DNA from: Waddliaceae bacterium
GTDB lineage: Bacteria > Chlamydiota > Chlamydiia > Chlamydiales > SLFE01
DNA length: 64,000 nt
Assembly (NCBI GenBank): GCA_963783885.1
Contig: CAWAPJ010000012.1
Coordinates: forward strand, 1 to 64,000
Direction of reading: 5' to 3'
Notes under the pieces: generated by a model
Database searches by the model: none
Told to the model about the DNA's origin: nothing
Seen by the model: only the letters and a program-made list of their open reading frames with translations
Shown: piece by piece, positions 19,977 to 29,809 of the stretch
How positions within the stretch are numbered: position 1 is the first letter of the stretch
How the letters are laid out: every line of letters begins with the position of its first letter
Made by a program: the position numbers and the translations under genes

Positions 19977-21667
19977 ATTTGGATACTGAGATCGTTAAGT
20001 GATTTGATCTTCTCTTGAACTTCTTGATAAACTTTCTCCTTTTTTCCGGCAGACTTATCGTAGATTAGACGAAGAAGTTTTTTATCCATTAAGCTATGAA
20101 GCGGTCCTCCCTCCTTATGCTCATCAAGATAATCACTGATTCCTAACTTTAAATCAAATCTACGCCAATCTTTGAATACCTTTTCCGTCATTTCTTTTGC
20201 ATTTTTAGGTTCATAATCTTTGCCAAGGTAAGTCAGATACAACGCGCCTCGAAATGCCAGTTTTGCCGATGCCCATGAACAATTGCCTGCTTTTTGGCCA
20301 TGTGTTTTAAGGCTCTCGGCAGGATTAAACTCTAATCCTAAATCCTCGTTAATTTGATGATTGAAATAAAAGAAAGTTTGCTCTTTTCGATTATTTTGAT
20401 GAAAAAGAATTGAGAGCAATTTAATAAAATTAGGAGTAATAAATTGTGGCGAATTGATCTTATAAAGCAAGAGTCCAAAATCTTTTCTAAACTCCCCTTT
20501 ATTCCCCTTAAGCAAAATTCTATCTTTTATCACGAGAGAAGTTGTATGATTTCCCCATCCGGTGGGTATAATGACCAGTTTTTTATTTTCGTATCTACAA
20601 CATTGTTTTTTAAATTTTATACCTACATTGTTCATTGCAAAAGCGTCTATAATTTCTTGCTGCTCATTTTCATCAAGATTGTGAATGTCTTGATTATTGA
20701 GTAAATATTGTTGGATAGATGATGTCAGGATAGGATAAGTGAGTATTGATGAATAACCGGTGTATGGACGGGACAGCTCGTCAGTTCCACTAATCGAAAA
20801 GCGATGAGCCAGCATCTTTTTCGAATGAAGAGTTTTTATTTGATTGAGAGCCGGTTCACTTATCATTTCAGCAGGTTTTGTATCATCGGCTAGTTCCAAT
20901 ATTTTGATAAAATATGGGATTTTCCAATAGTCTTTTGCAAAAAAACCCTCTAAGTCAATTCTGATGTTATCGAGAAGAAGTTTAGCGGTATTGATATAAC
21001 TCTTATTAAAGGCGGTTTGAACCAAACAGCTTAATTCTCTTGTCCGTTCATTTTCATCATGATAGGCACTCAAAATTATGGAAACTTTTACCATTGTTAC
21101 AAATTCTTCAAAGTAGATTTCATATTGCAAATAGGGCTTTAGTATTTCTAGCACTTTTTTACCTAGTATGCAGGAAGTTCCATCAGCAATTTGGTATATC
21201 TCTTCGATATCGCCCATTTTTTTGAAAGTTACGAACATATCGACTAAAAACTTCGCGATGGCTTCGTTTCTGAGCTTATCAGGAATTATGATAAGAGTTT
21301 TTAATAAATATCTTCTTAGATTTCTATTGGTAATTATATCTAACAACTCTTCTCTTTCATCGCTTTCCAGGGTGCTAAGAACGGTAAGAAAAATACATTG
21401 CACTCTTTCTTGAATATCAGAATTTTTGCACGCGTGGTTGTGATAAAACTTGTGAATTTGCGTTTTCAATCGTGTTAAATTTTCAACGTCTTGCTGATTA
21501 AAGCTCTGATGATGATCTTTAATCCAGGAAAAGATTTTATCTACGATATTTGGTCTTAGAAAATCACCACGAACTTCAAATGGGAGTTTGTTTACTTCAT
21601 TTTCAAACTGGTCTCTATTAGAGGCATTTGCAAGATTAATCAAAGCATGATCAATATCAACATCCAT
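19973..21667 (-). CDS. Low-GC hypothetical protein with a putative cysteine-catalytic domain
   Basis: 564 aa, with GWGNH...NKG...QKAGNCSW in the C-terminal third. Confidence 0.65.
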   Translation of the reverse strand: MDVDIDHALINLANASNRDQFENEVNKLPFEVRGDFLRPNIVDKIFSWIKDHHQSFNQQDVENLTRLKTQIHKFYHNHACKNSDIQERVQCIFLTVLSTLESDEREELLDIITNRNLRRYLLKTLIIIPDKLRNEAIAKFLVDMFVTFKKMGDIEEIYQIADGTSCILGKKVLEILKPYLQYEIYFEEFVTMVKVSIILSAYHDENERTRELSCLVQTAFNKSYINTAKLLLDNIRIDLEGFFAKDYWKIPYFIKILELADDTKPAEMISEPALNQIKTLHSKKMLAHRFSISGTDELSRPYTGYSSILTYPILTSSIQQYLLNNQDIHNLDENEQQEIIDAFAMNNVGIKFKKQCCRYENKKLVIIPTGWGNHTTSLVIKDRILLKGNKGEFRKDFGLLLYKINSPQFITPNFIKLLSILFHQNNRKEQTFFYFNHQINEDLGLEFNPAESLKTHGQKAGNCSWASAKLAFRGALYLTYLGKDYEPKNAKEMTEKVFKDWRRFDLKLGISDYLDEHKEGGPLHSLMDKKLLRLIYDKSAGKKEKVYQEVQEKIKSLNDLSIQI

Positions 21668-21721
21668 TTTATTCTCTTTATATTAAAATTATTTTCAGTT
21701 CCTCCCGCTCCGTGATAAAAA

Positions 21722-21782
21722 GGCGTTGCTGCATAAATCACCACCGAGTCGGGGAAAGAGTGGTGAATTGTGCAACGGCGCG
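21722..21782. mobile_element. 61-bp miniature remnant of the IS5/GxxExxY element
   Basis: The left 23 bp are the exact reverse complement of the end of element copy 2 (50015-50037). The right end GTGGTGAATTGTGCAACGGCGCG is a degenerate IR. Confidence 0.75.
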
Positions 21783-21984
21783 ATTAGAGAACAAAGCCTT
21801 ACAAATCAGAAAAAAAACACAAATTGAGGATTTTTTACTGATAATCTCTCAGAGTTTAAGGATTTTAATCCATTTATGAAATACTATTCTCGTGAGAAAT
21901 GGCTATAGACACGCTTATTTTCTTATCTTGAGACACAAAGTTGTGCGCATTCTTTGTCGTGAAAGATTATCACGACAACGAGTT

Positions 21985-22433
21985 CTACCTCGCATATATA
22001 GTTCTTAGACCCTCAGTAATACGGGTCACTCTCGCGTCACGTTCAACTAGAAGTTTGTATGCCATGAATCTTCCTTCTTGACCTGTGTAAATTTTACATT
22101 GAATATCTGAACCTCCAACTTTACCAAGAAAACGTATCCCATACAATATAGTTTGAATAATCGGTACTGATTCAAACGCCCCAGCCATGATATTTCCAGC
22201 ACCATGTAGCACGTGTCTGCAGGAAAAGACAAACCAATCCCTTGCTGAATTTTCCGTAAACGTTGGCATCGCCGCTGGGACTAGCAACAGCACTGCTAGA
22301 GCGACAGAAGCTGTCAGCTGAACAGTGCCCATTCCCATTTTAGACCAACCGGCAGCAGTACCTATAACGGGATAGTATGATAACTCAGATAAAATTCTTC
22401 TGCTTTAAAAATACTTTCTTCAATTTGAATCAT
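21985..22433 (-). pseudogene. Small hydrophobic protein gene with a frameshift near its 5' end
   Basis: RBS GAGGTGG precedes ATG 22433 (MIQIEESIF). A frameshift near the run at 22407-22411 joins RRILSELSYYPVIGTAAG to ORF 21985-22338. Confidence 0.5.
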
Positions 22434-22630
22434 AATAAACCACCTCTTTAATAAAGATTAAATAAGAGAATATTATATTTAATTGTTTATGTAAAGAGGT
22501 AAATTTGTTATGTTGTTCCAAGAAAATTTTGGCAAAAAGCTACTGTTAAATATTCAAATCTTTTTGGCTTTGTTGCGTAATTAACCACAGAGCTCACAAG
22601 AGCGCACAGAGAGAATATGAGAGATTTGAT

Positions 22631-23575
22631 TTAAGCTGCTATTAATTCACTTTCAGGCATTCCCAGCTTTGTCATTATATTTAGTGCTTCACATTTTGCC
22701 CTTGATTCAGCCCTTTGGGTTTCCAGAGTTCTACTTCTTAAATCATTTCCAAAGAATCGTTTAAATCTAAACATGGCTGTTTCTGCAAGTGATCGACGAT
22801 GATAACCTTTCAACTTTTTCCATAATTTTCTTGCATCATCATCACCTCCTAAACCTGAAATTTCCAGCAAACTGATATTCCGCATCTTCCAAGAAGGAGA
22901 TATGTTTTCTCGAAAAACAGCATTCCTATTGGGTGGAATAATAGGAATTGAGCCGTGAACTACATTTGCAGCATAGCATCGCTTAGTATCATAAGCCCCA
23001 TCTCCATATGTGCGCTTAACTGATTTCGGCATTACCTCGAGAAGTTTTGGATACACTTCACAATCTGCAACGTTATTTTCAGTAAGAATTTCGAAAATAA
23101 TTTCGTGAGAGTCAGGGCAGACTGCCAGATGGAGCTTTCTCCATGTTCGCCTTTTACTGATTCCATGCTGCCTAACTTTCCATTCACCCTCTCCGTACAC
23201 TTTCAAACCGGTTGAATCGATTACAATATTGGTGACTTTTTTTTTCGAAAGTTTCTTCAACTCTTGCCCCAACAACTTAGCTCTGCGACAAATTTGAGTA
23301 TAAGAAGGAATCGATAAACCAACAGATAAAATCATAACAAGAGATGTCAAAAATCCTTCGAGTGCTCTCAATGGAAGATGAAAAACCGATCGAATAATGA
23401 GCGCGGTGAGAATAGCGTTATCAGAATAGAGTTTTGGACGCCCCTTTTTTCCTATTTCTTTTGGAGCCATCCACTTATTGATAGCATCTTCAGAAAACCA
23501 AACAGTTATGCTTCCCCTTTGAATAAGAGATTTGTTATAGTCGTTCCAGTTGCGAATGCGATATTTTGCCTTCAT
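22631..23575 (-). CDS. IS5-family (IS903 group) DDE transposase
   Basis: NWNDYNKSLIQRGSIT, IDSTGLKVYGEGEW, WRKLHL, GDGAYD and GYHRRSLAETAMFRFK. Confidence 0.96.
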   Translation of the reverse strand: MKAKYRIRNWNDYNKSLIQRGSITVWFSEDAINKWMAPKEIGKKGRPKLYSDNAILTALIIRSVFHLPLRALEGFLTSLVMILSVGLSIPSYTQICRRAKLLGQELKKLSKKKVTNIVIDSTGLKVYGEGEWKVRQHGISKRRTWRKLHLAVCPDSHEIIFEILTENNVADCEVYPKLLEVMPKSVKRTYGDGAYDTKRCYAANVVHGSIPIIPPNRNAVFRENISPSWKMRNISLLEISGLGGDDDARKLWKKLKGYHRRSLAETAMFRFKRFFGNDLRSRTLETQRAESRAKCEALNIMTKLGMPESELIAA

Positions 23576-23659
23576 CTTGATCCTCCAATTTGTTGCAACT
23601 AAAAATTAGAGTATTAGGTATTTGTCGGCAAGCTCGCATTCGCCCTTTTTGGAGAAAAG

Positions 23660-24067
23660 ATGACTAGTACCCACACAACTGAAGAAGCCAACCAAAAAAG
23701 AAATGACCTTTTAACAGGGGAAATCATAGGTGCTGCGATTGAAGTTCATCGAAGATTAGGTCCAGGCTTGCTTGAATCGACATACGAAACTTGTCTTTGC
23801 TACGAGTTGAACCTTGCGGGTTTGAAAGTTAACCGGCAGATACCAGTACCTATTATTTATCGTGATAAAAAGCTAGACTCAGGCTACCGGATCGATATGA
23901 TAGTGGAAGATAAGGTTATTTTGGAGATAAAATCTGTGGCCAATCTCTTGCCTGTTCATGAGGCCCAACTTCTATCCTATCTTAAGCATAATGGCGGTGG
24001 CAGAGGTTTGCTCATCAATTTCAATGTAAAACTTCTAAAAAATGGGATTAGGCGTCTAATCATTTAA
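23660..24067 (+). CDS. GxxExxY protein (PD-(D/E)xK nuclease-like)
   Basis: LGPGLLESTYE, YRIDMIVE, ILEIKS, HEAQLLSYLK and GLLINF. Confidence 0.93.
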   Translation: MTSTHTTEEANQKRNDLLTGEIIGAAIEVHRRLGPGLLESTYETCLCYELNLAGLKVNRQIPVPIIYRDKKLDSGYRIDMIVEDKVILEIKSVANLLPVHEAQLLSYLKHNGGGRGLLINFNVKLLKNGIRRLII

Positions 24068-24196
24068 TTCCTCTCTCATAATCTCTCAGTGAGCTCGGTG
24101 GTCTCAGTGGTGATTTATGCAACAACGCCAATCTTTTTTATGATTTTTTTTGGGTATACCTTACGCCAAAACACTTATTAACATCCATAGTAATCC

Positions 24197-24904
24197 TTAT
24201 ATATAATAATTATTTGATCTCCACTCAGAAAGGATGACCGATGCTGCCTGGGAGACGTTAAGGGAGTCGATTTGTCCGAACATGGGGATGTAAATCTTGT
24301 GGTCGGAGTATTTGCTGATAAGAGGCTGCACTCCCTTTCCTTCAGACCCCATAATTAAGAGTGTGTGCGAAGGAAATTGAAATTCGTAGAGGTTTTCGGC
24401 ATTTGGACCGATTTCGGCAGTGACTGCCCAATAGCCGTGCTTCTGAAATTGTTTGACTGTCTCGGCAAGATTCGAAACCTTAATTAAGTCGACAAGCTCG
24501 GATGCTCCAACGCTGGCTTTAGTGACAACCGGGGTGATGTCGGCTCCCCTGTTTTTTGACCAGACAACGGCGCCTGCGCCGAAACATTCAGCGGCGCGGA
24601 GTATGGCTCCAAAGTTTTGCGGATCGAAAATCGAATCGAGCATCAAAACCAGACTCTTTTCTTTTTCTTTTGTTAAAAACGCTTTGAGATCAAGTTTGGG
24701 TTTTTCTTTAAGGTAAGCGGCCACCCCTTGGTGGGACTCGGATCCCGCAAGTTCTGATAATTCATCTTTGCTAAGGATTTTTATTGGAATGCCCGCTTTG
24801 GAAAATTCCGGATCTTTTTTTGCGAGTAATATTTTTTGAATGCGCTCGGGGGCGGCTTTGAGCACTTCCCGAACACAATTTTTTCCCATAATCAGGTGCG
24901 TCAT
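24197..24904 (-). CDS. rlmB: 23S rRNA 2'-O-methyltransferase (RlmB/SpoU)
   Basis: HQGVAA, DPQNFGAILR, MGSEGKG and IPMFGQIDSLNVS. Confidence 0.92.
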   Translation of the reverse strand: MTHLIMGKNCVREVLKAAPERIQKILLAKKDPEFSKAGIPIKILSKDELSELAGSESHQGVAAYLKEKPKLDLKAFLTKEKEKSLVLMLDSIFDPQNFGAILRAAECFGAGAVVWSKNRGADITPVVTKASVGASELVDLIKVSNLAETVKQFQKHGYWAVTAEIGPNAENLYEFQFPSHTLLIMGSEGKGVQPLISKYSDHKIYIPMFGQIDSLNVSQAASVILSEWRSNNYYI

Positions 24905-25449
24905 ATTTTGTAAAATCCTGTTCCGTCAGGTTTCTCTTGGTAAAAGCGGAAGTCGTCGGGGAAATTGTTGATCTCAAGATCCATTTCTTCCAGTTCCTCT
25001 TCAATTGGGTTGATGGTGATGATTTCTTCCCAAAGGTGGTGCCTTTTCTCAGCGATCAGGCAACCATCTCCGAATATTTGAATGTGATAGGCGGCGATTC
25101 CATCGGTGCAAGAATAATCCTGATCCATTAAGTAGTAGGCCATACGGCCGATAGGACATTTGAGGTGGATCCACTTTTCGATTTCCTCATAATTACGCAG
25201 CCTGATGCGCATTCTGAGCCAGATCGCCCGGCAGCTTTGCATCTCGGGCTTCAGCTTCCATTGAATGAGGAGTCTCTGGCCGACGCTGGGACAATATTTA
25301 TGGGGATCGGGTGTCCCGACCCAGGTGCTGGCATACCGCTCGGGAAGCATATATTCGCTCTGCACCTGAAGTCTTTCGGTACCGCAGGAAGCGAGCAAAA
25401 GGGCCAGGGGTATGATCTTAAACCATTTTGCCCGGATCGACAATTTCAT
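24901..25449 (-). CDS. Putative lipoprotein
   Basis: Lipobox LLASC after a basic and hydrophobic leader. Confidence 0.7.
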   Translation of the reverse strand: MKLSIRAKWFKIIPLALLLASCGTERLQVQSEYMLPERYASTWVGTPDPHKYCPSVGQRLLIQWKLKPEMQSCRAIWLRMRIRLRNYEEIEKWIHLKCPIGRMAYYLMDQDYSCTDGIAAYHIQIFGDGCLIAEKRHHLWEEIITINPIEEELEEMDLEINNFPDDFRFYQEKPDGTGFYKI

Positions 25450-26797
25450 CAAACCTCTTTTCGTCAAGGATTCCCAGCTGAAGCGCCGCCTGCTTGAGCG
25501 TAAGTCCTTCTGTATGGGCTTTTCTGACAATCTTGCTGGCGTTGTCATAGCCGATTTCCTGATTCAAAGCCGTGGCAAGCATAAGCGACCGGTCGAGGTA
25601 TTCTTGAATTTTTTCTCTGTTTGGCTCAATACCCTTGACGCACTTTTCGGTAAAACTCGCCGCTCCGTCCGCAAGAAGGCGGACCGACTGTAAAAAATTG
25701 TGAATAATGACCGGCTTGAAAACATTGAGTTCAAAATTTCCTTGAGAGCCTGCGATTCCGATCGTGTTGTCATTGCCGATGACCTGAACGCTAAGCATTG
25801 TGAGAGCCTCGCACTGGGTGGGGTTGACTTTGCCGGGCATAATGGAGGATCCGGGTTCGTTTTCAGGGATTTTGATCTCTCCGATCCCGCACCTCGGCCC
25901 CGATGTCATCCAGCGGATGTCGTTGGCGATTTTCATAAAGGAACACGCAAGTCTTTTTAAGGCGCCGCTTGCCGAAACGAGTGCGTCATTGGCGGCTAAG
26001 GCCTCGAACTTGTTAGGAGCGGTCTTAAAAGCGATTCCGGTCAACTCACTGAGCGTAGCGGCCATTTTCTCTCCAAACTCCTTAGGGGCGTTGAGCCCTG
26101 TGCCGACAGCAGTTCCGCCGATTGCGAGTTCAAATAGCTGAGGGAGGGTATTTTTGAGCGCTTCCGTTCCGCGGGCTATCTGACTGGCGTAACCGGAAAA
26201 CTCCTGGCCTAAAGTGAGAGGAGCGGCATCCATGAGATGGGTGCGGCCCGTCTTGATAATATCACTGAACTCACGGGCTTTGCTCTCCAAAGCTTCTTGA
26301 AAATTTTTAAGGGCCGGGAGAAGGCGATTCATGATTTCCAAAGAAGCCGCTATGTGCATGGCAGAAGGAAACACATCATTGGAGGATTGAGACATATTCA
26401 CATGATCGTTGGGGTGGATCGGATGTTTCGTCCCGATTTTGCCTCCAGCCATTTCAATCGCGATGTTGGCTATCACCTCATTGACATTCATATTCGTCTG
26501 TGTTCCTGAGCCTGTTTGCCAGATGCTCAAGGGAAACTGGCCGTCATGATTTCCGGAATGGATCTCATCGGATACCGCCGCAATCAAGTCGGCTTTTTCC
26601 TTATCGATCAGGCCAAGCTGCCCATTGACCCTCGCCGCAGCTTTTTTTATGAGGGCAAGAGCATAGATGACTTCAACGGGGATGATTTCCGACCCTATCT
26701 GAAAATTCAACCGCGAGCGCTCTGTTTGCGCTCCATAGAATTTTTCGGTAGGAACTTTAACCTCTCCCAAACTGTCTTTTTCAATGCGATAGCTCAC
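25418..26797 (-). CDS. fumC: Class II fumarate hydratase
   Basis: [19 protein letters not shown] and [15 protein letters not shown]. Confidence 0.97.
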   Translation of the reverse strand: MSYRIEKDSLGEVKVPTEKFYGAQTERSRLNFQIGSEIIPVEVIYALALIKKAAARVNGQLGLIDKEKADLIAAVSDEIHSGNHDGQFPLSIWQTGSGTQTNMNVNEVIANIAIEMAGGKIGTKHPIHPNDHVNMSQSSNDVFPSAMHIAASLEIMNRLLPALKNFQEALESKAREFSDIIKTGRTHLMDAAPLTLGQEFSGYASQIARGTEALKNTLPQLFELAIGGTAVGTGLNAPKEFGEKMAATLSELTGIAFKTAPNKFEALAANDALVSASGALKRLACSFMKIANDIRWMTSGPRCGIGEIKIPENEPGSSIMPGKVNPTQCEALTMLSVQVIGNDNTIGIAGSQGNFELNVFKPVIIHNFLQSVRLLADGAASFTEKCVKGIEPNREKIQEYLDRSLMLATALNQEIGYDNASKIVRKAHTEGLTLKQAALQLGILDEKRFDEIVDPGKMV

Positions 26798-26806
26798 TTT
26801 ATCCTC

Positions 26807-27229
26807 CTACATGAGCAAGAGAGCGAACACAAAGGCAAATAGAGCAAAAGACTCGATAATACCGATGGCCGCAAAACATTTACCGAATACCGCGGGCTGC
26901 TTTGCGGTGGCCTGTATGCCGGTCGCGCAAACTCTGCCCTGAAAAATCGCGGCAATCATAATTGCCGATCCCGATCCAAGGCCAATGCCTATGGCTGTGA
27001 GCGGGGTGAGGGTTCCCGCCTCAATCGCCCGACTCATCAAAAGCATGAGAATGAAGCCGTAAATAACCTGAGAGGATGGGGCGGCGGCCATGGCGATATA
27101 TTTTCCATGCCCCTCTTCAACGCGGCTCATCACCGCATGGGAGGCAGCTCCTGCGATCCCGCAGCCGATACTGCTGCCAATCGCACTCAACCCCAGGGCG
27201 ATTGCCGGTCCAAATAAATCATATGCCAT
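26807..27229 (-). CDS. atpK: V-type ATPase subunit K
   Basis: 4-TM proteolipid with GIIESFALF; last gene of the operon. Confidence 0.92.
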   Translation of the reverse strand: MAYDLFGPAIALGLSAIGSSIGCGIAGAASHAVMSRVEEGHGKYIAMAAAPSSQVIYGFILMLLMSRAIEAGTLTPLTAIGIGLGSGSAIMIAAIFQGRVCATGIQATAKQPAVFGKCFAAIGIIESFALFAFVFALLLM

Positions 27230-27242
27230 AAAATTACTCCTT

Positions 27243-29165
27243 TTATTCCACTTCGTAAAGGCGGAGAGGATCAAATGGTTTTCCTCCCCCTTCAAATGAA
27301 TAATGATACCATTCTATAAAATTAAGACGCAGTCCATGGATGATCCCTCCCATGATTCCCAAAAGCATATTGACTACATGGGCGCATGCGATGACCACAA
27401 TCGCAAGGAGAAGAGGCATCGCTCCATACATTTCATTGATCGTTTCGCTCACAATTGCGCTGGCAAGCCCCAAAGCGTAAATCCTTAAATATGACAATAC
27501 GTCGGCAAAAATTTGAATGAGGTTCATCGGTTCTGCCAGCCCTCCAAGCCGATGCTGGAGCAGGGCTAATAAAACTGCCAAGCCAATGCCAATGTATATC
27601 AGCTCCAATCCTTCGGTCGCCCCAAAACTCGGGGGAACGCCGAAAACATAGTGAAGAAGGGAGGTTTCTCCGAGATAATGGGGAAAATAGAGATAACCGC
27701 CGACAAGAACAATAATCCATCCCAGCCCGCTCCAATTCCTGCTTAAATATCTGAAAAATGACAAGGCGATATGAACAATTCCGACAACTAAAGCCAATTC
27801 AAGCAAAATGCTGCGGCCAACATTGTCGAGCACCTCGTTGGTGACAGCATTGTTCTCGGAAACTTGGGTCGCCTTGAAAAATTGTTTGCCGCTCTTAACA
27901 TTCGCGATTTGAGGATATTTCTTCAGCCAGTCTTGATAAGTGTCGTCTTTCATACGCAAATGATATTCAACTTTCTTTTCGCTTACCCATCCCAGAAGCG
28001 AAACTTTGCGAAGCGGACTGTCGAGTGGAATGTTGATTCCGAAAAACGACGTGGTGAGGAATCCCCAAATCATGCAGGATCCGCAAAGGATAAGAATTAA
28101 ATTCAAGAAGCGCTTGCCGGCTCCTTTTTGATTCCAAAATTTATATTTGAGATAAATGGCAACAGCAAGAAAAACAAACCCGTATCCCGCATCGTTGACA
28201 ATCATGGCAAAAAAAAGTGCAAAAGCAGACAAAACCCAAATCGAAGGGTCTTTGTCGGTATGATGGGGGGTATCGTAAATATTGATGAGATCTTCGCCGA
28301 TTCTTCCCGCCCCTGTGTTTTCCAAAAATGTAGGGATTCTGTCGGCCTCTTCAATTGCCACCTCTTCATAATAGATGCCTAGCTCCCCGACCAGCTTTTC
28401 GAGATCGTCGATTTGGTCCAAGGGGACCCATCCTTCGACGACAAAAAGGCTCCCGCTCAATTCATCCCGCGTATAATCGAGATTCACTTCCAAGTTGTGA
28501 TGATTGTGGGCGATAATGAGCGCTTTGTGCAGAAAATGATTATATTTTGCCAATTCTTTGAGGGCAACCTCCAGGGCGTGAATTTTTTCACGGTTTTTCG
28601 CAATCATTTCATGAAGCTCAGAAAGGGAGTGATCAAAGACCATCTCAACCATTTTATCGAAAGTCCTCGGCTCTTTGCTAATGCCGACAAAATAATCAAG
28701 GCCGTGATCCGAGGAAACGAAAATAATGCCATCAGGCAAGGTTTCTCCATCGAAATGCCCTTTTTTTGCGCAATAAAACTGGACCCTTCTGTTGCCCTCT
28801 TTTTCAATATAGGCAATGTCGCCTAAATTAAATTCTCCAAACTCCTGAATACGGGAGACCTCCAGGGTTAAAACCCTCTGCTCCTCTTCTTTTGCGTCGA
28901 TGGTATGCTTTAGGTCGAGAATTTCCCTGGCTAAGGGATAGGCTTTTTGCATGTCTGCGGGTTCGACCTGCGGAACTACCGGAAGGCCCCGCAATATTTT
29001 TATTGCTTGGATCAAATCCTGAATTTCCTGAGGAACGGAGCCTACCCTTTTTTCGCTGATATCGATAAAATGGATAATCCCCCGTTGTTGGGCGCGGCGG
29101 AAAAAGCTGTCTCTTTGCTCCTTGACTCCGACAAAAGCAAATTTTTTGACATCGATACGCGCCAT
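27243..29165 (-). CDS. atpI: V-type ATPase subunit I
   Basis: DAGYG, DVLSYLRIYALGLA and HGLRLNFIEW. Confidence 0.95.
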   Translation of the reverse strand: MARIDVKKFAFVGVKEQRDSFFRRAQQRGIIHFIDISEKRVGSVPQEIQDLIQAIKILRGLPVVPQVEPADMQKAYPLAREILDLKHTIDAKEEEQRVLTLEVSRIQEFGEFNLGDIAYIEKEGNRRVQFYCAKKGHFDGETLPDGIIFVSSDHGLDYFVGISKEPRTFDKMVEMVFDHSLSELHEMIAKNREKIHALEVALKELAKYNHFLHKALIIAHNHHNLEVNLDYTRDELSGSLFVVEGWVPLDQIDDLEKLVGELGIYYEEVAIEEADRIPTFLENTGAGRIGEDLINIYDTPHHTDKDPSIWVLSAFALFFAMIVNDAGYGFVFLAVAIYLKYKFWNQKGAGKRFLNLILILCGSCMIWGFLTTSFFGINIPLDSPLRKVSLLGWVSEKKVEYHLRMKDDTYQDWLKKYPQIANVKSGKQFFKATQVSENNAVTNEVLDNVGRSILLELALVVGIVHIALSFFRYLSRNWSGLGWIIVLVGGYLYFPHYLGETSLLHYVFGVPPSFGATEGLELIYIGIGLAVLLALLQHRLGGLAEPMNLIQIFADVLSYLRIYALGLASAIVSETINEMYGAMPLLLAIVVIACAHVVNMLLGIMGGIIHGLRLNFIEWYHYSFEGGGKPFDPLRLYEVE

Positions 29166-29170
29166 AAGCT

Positions 29171-29809
29171 TTAAGCTATCCCCCTAAGATGCTCTTTCAG
29201 CATTTCTTCTTTTTTCGCTTCAATCTTTGTTTTAGCCACCTTGACCTGTCCGACAGCGGCAAGCTGCTGATCGCCTAAGAATACGCTGATTTTTTTTATA
29301 TTCTTTTGGGCTCTCGGTATGAGAACTTTTTCAAACAAGTTGACCCTGATAGAGACATTTCTCAGTTCGGCCTCAAGCGCAGCTTTTTTTTCTTTAACGA
29401 CTGTAATTTCAACAAGGATTTCCGAAAGGGCTCTCAACCCGACAATGACCCCGTCAATCCAGGGAGGAGTTTCGAATAGAGAGTACTCAACCTCTTGAAA
29501 TACAGCTCCGTCATAGTAAGGAACTTCAATCCCGGCGATATTTTCATATCGTTTTTTGATTTCAAGAACCCGTGTGACCTCAACGGGATCGATAACAGTC
29601 TTCCCGGTTAGGAGCGTGCAGTATTCAAGTGCCGTTTCCCTCTCCTGGTCGTACTTTTTTTCAAGAAGGACGATCTCCTGCCTGGCCTCGTTCACTTCAA
29701 CCTGAAGCATCGCCTTTTTCAGCTTCAGGGTCGGCAAATACCGCTCAAGCTGCGCCAGTCTGCTCTGCTGATCCCTCAATCCGTTCTTTGTGAGTTTAAT
29801 GTCGCTCAC
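29171..29809 (-). CDS. atpD: V-type ATPase subunit D
   Basis: YLPTLKLKK and [14 protein letters not shown] start overlaps the B-subunit stop. Confidence 0.93.
   Translation of the reverse strand: MSDIKLTKNGLRDQQSRLAQLERYLPTLKLKKAMLQVEVNEARQEIVLLEKKYDQERETALEYCTLLTGKTVIDPVEVTRVLEIKKRYENIAGIEVPYYDGAVFQEVEYSLFETPPWIDGVIVGLRALSEILVEITVVKEKKAALEAELRNVSIRVNLFEKVLIPRAQKNIKKISVFLGDQQLAAVGQVKVAKTKIEAKKEEMLKEHLRGIA

Larger units (their letters stand above)
22566..24129. mobile_element. Complete IS5-family (IS903 group) element with a GxxExxY passenger gene
   Basis: IRs GGCTTTGTTGCGTAATT / GGCGTTGTTGCATAAAT resemble IS903 ends. A perfect 9-bp direct repeat AATCTTTTT lies at 22557-22565 and 24130-24138. 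Confidence 0.92.
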
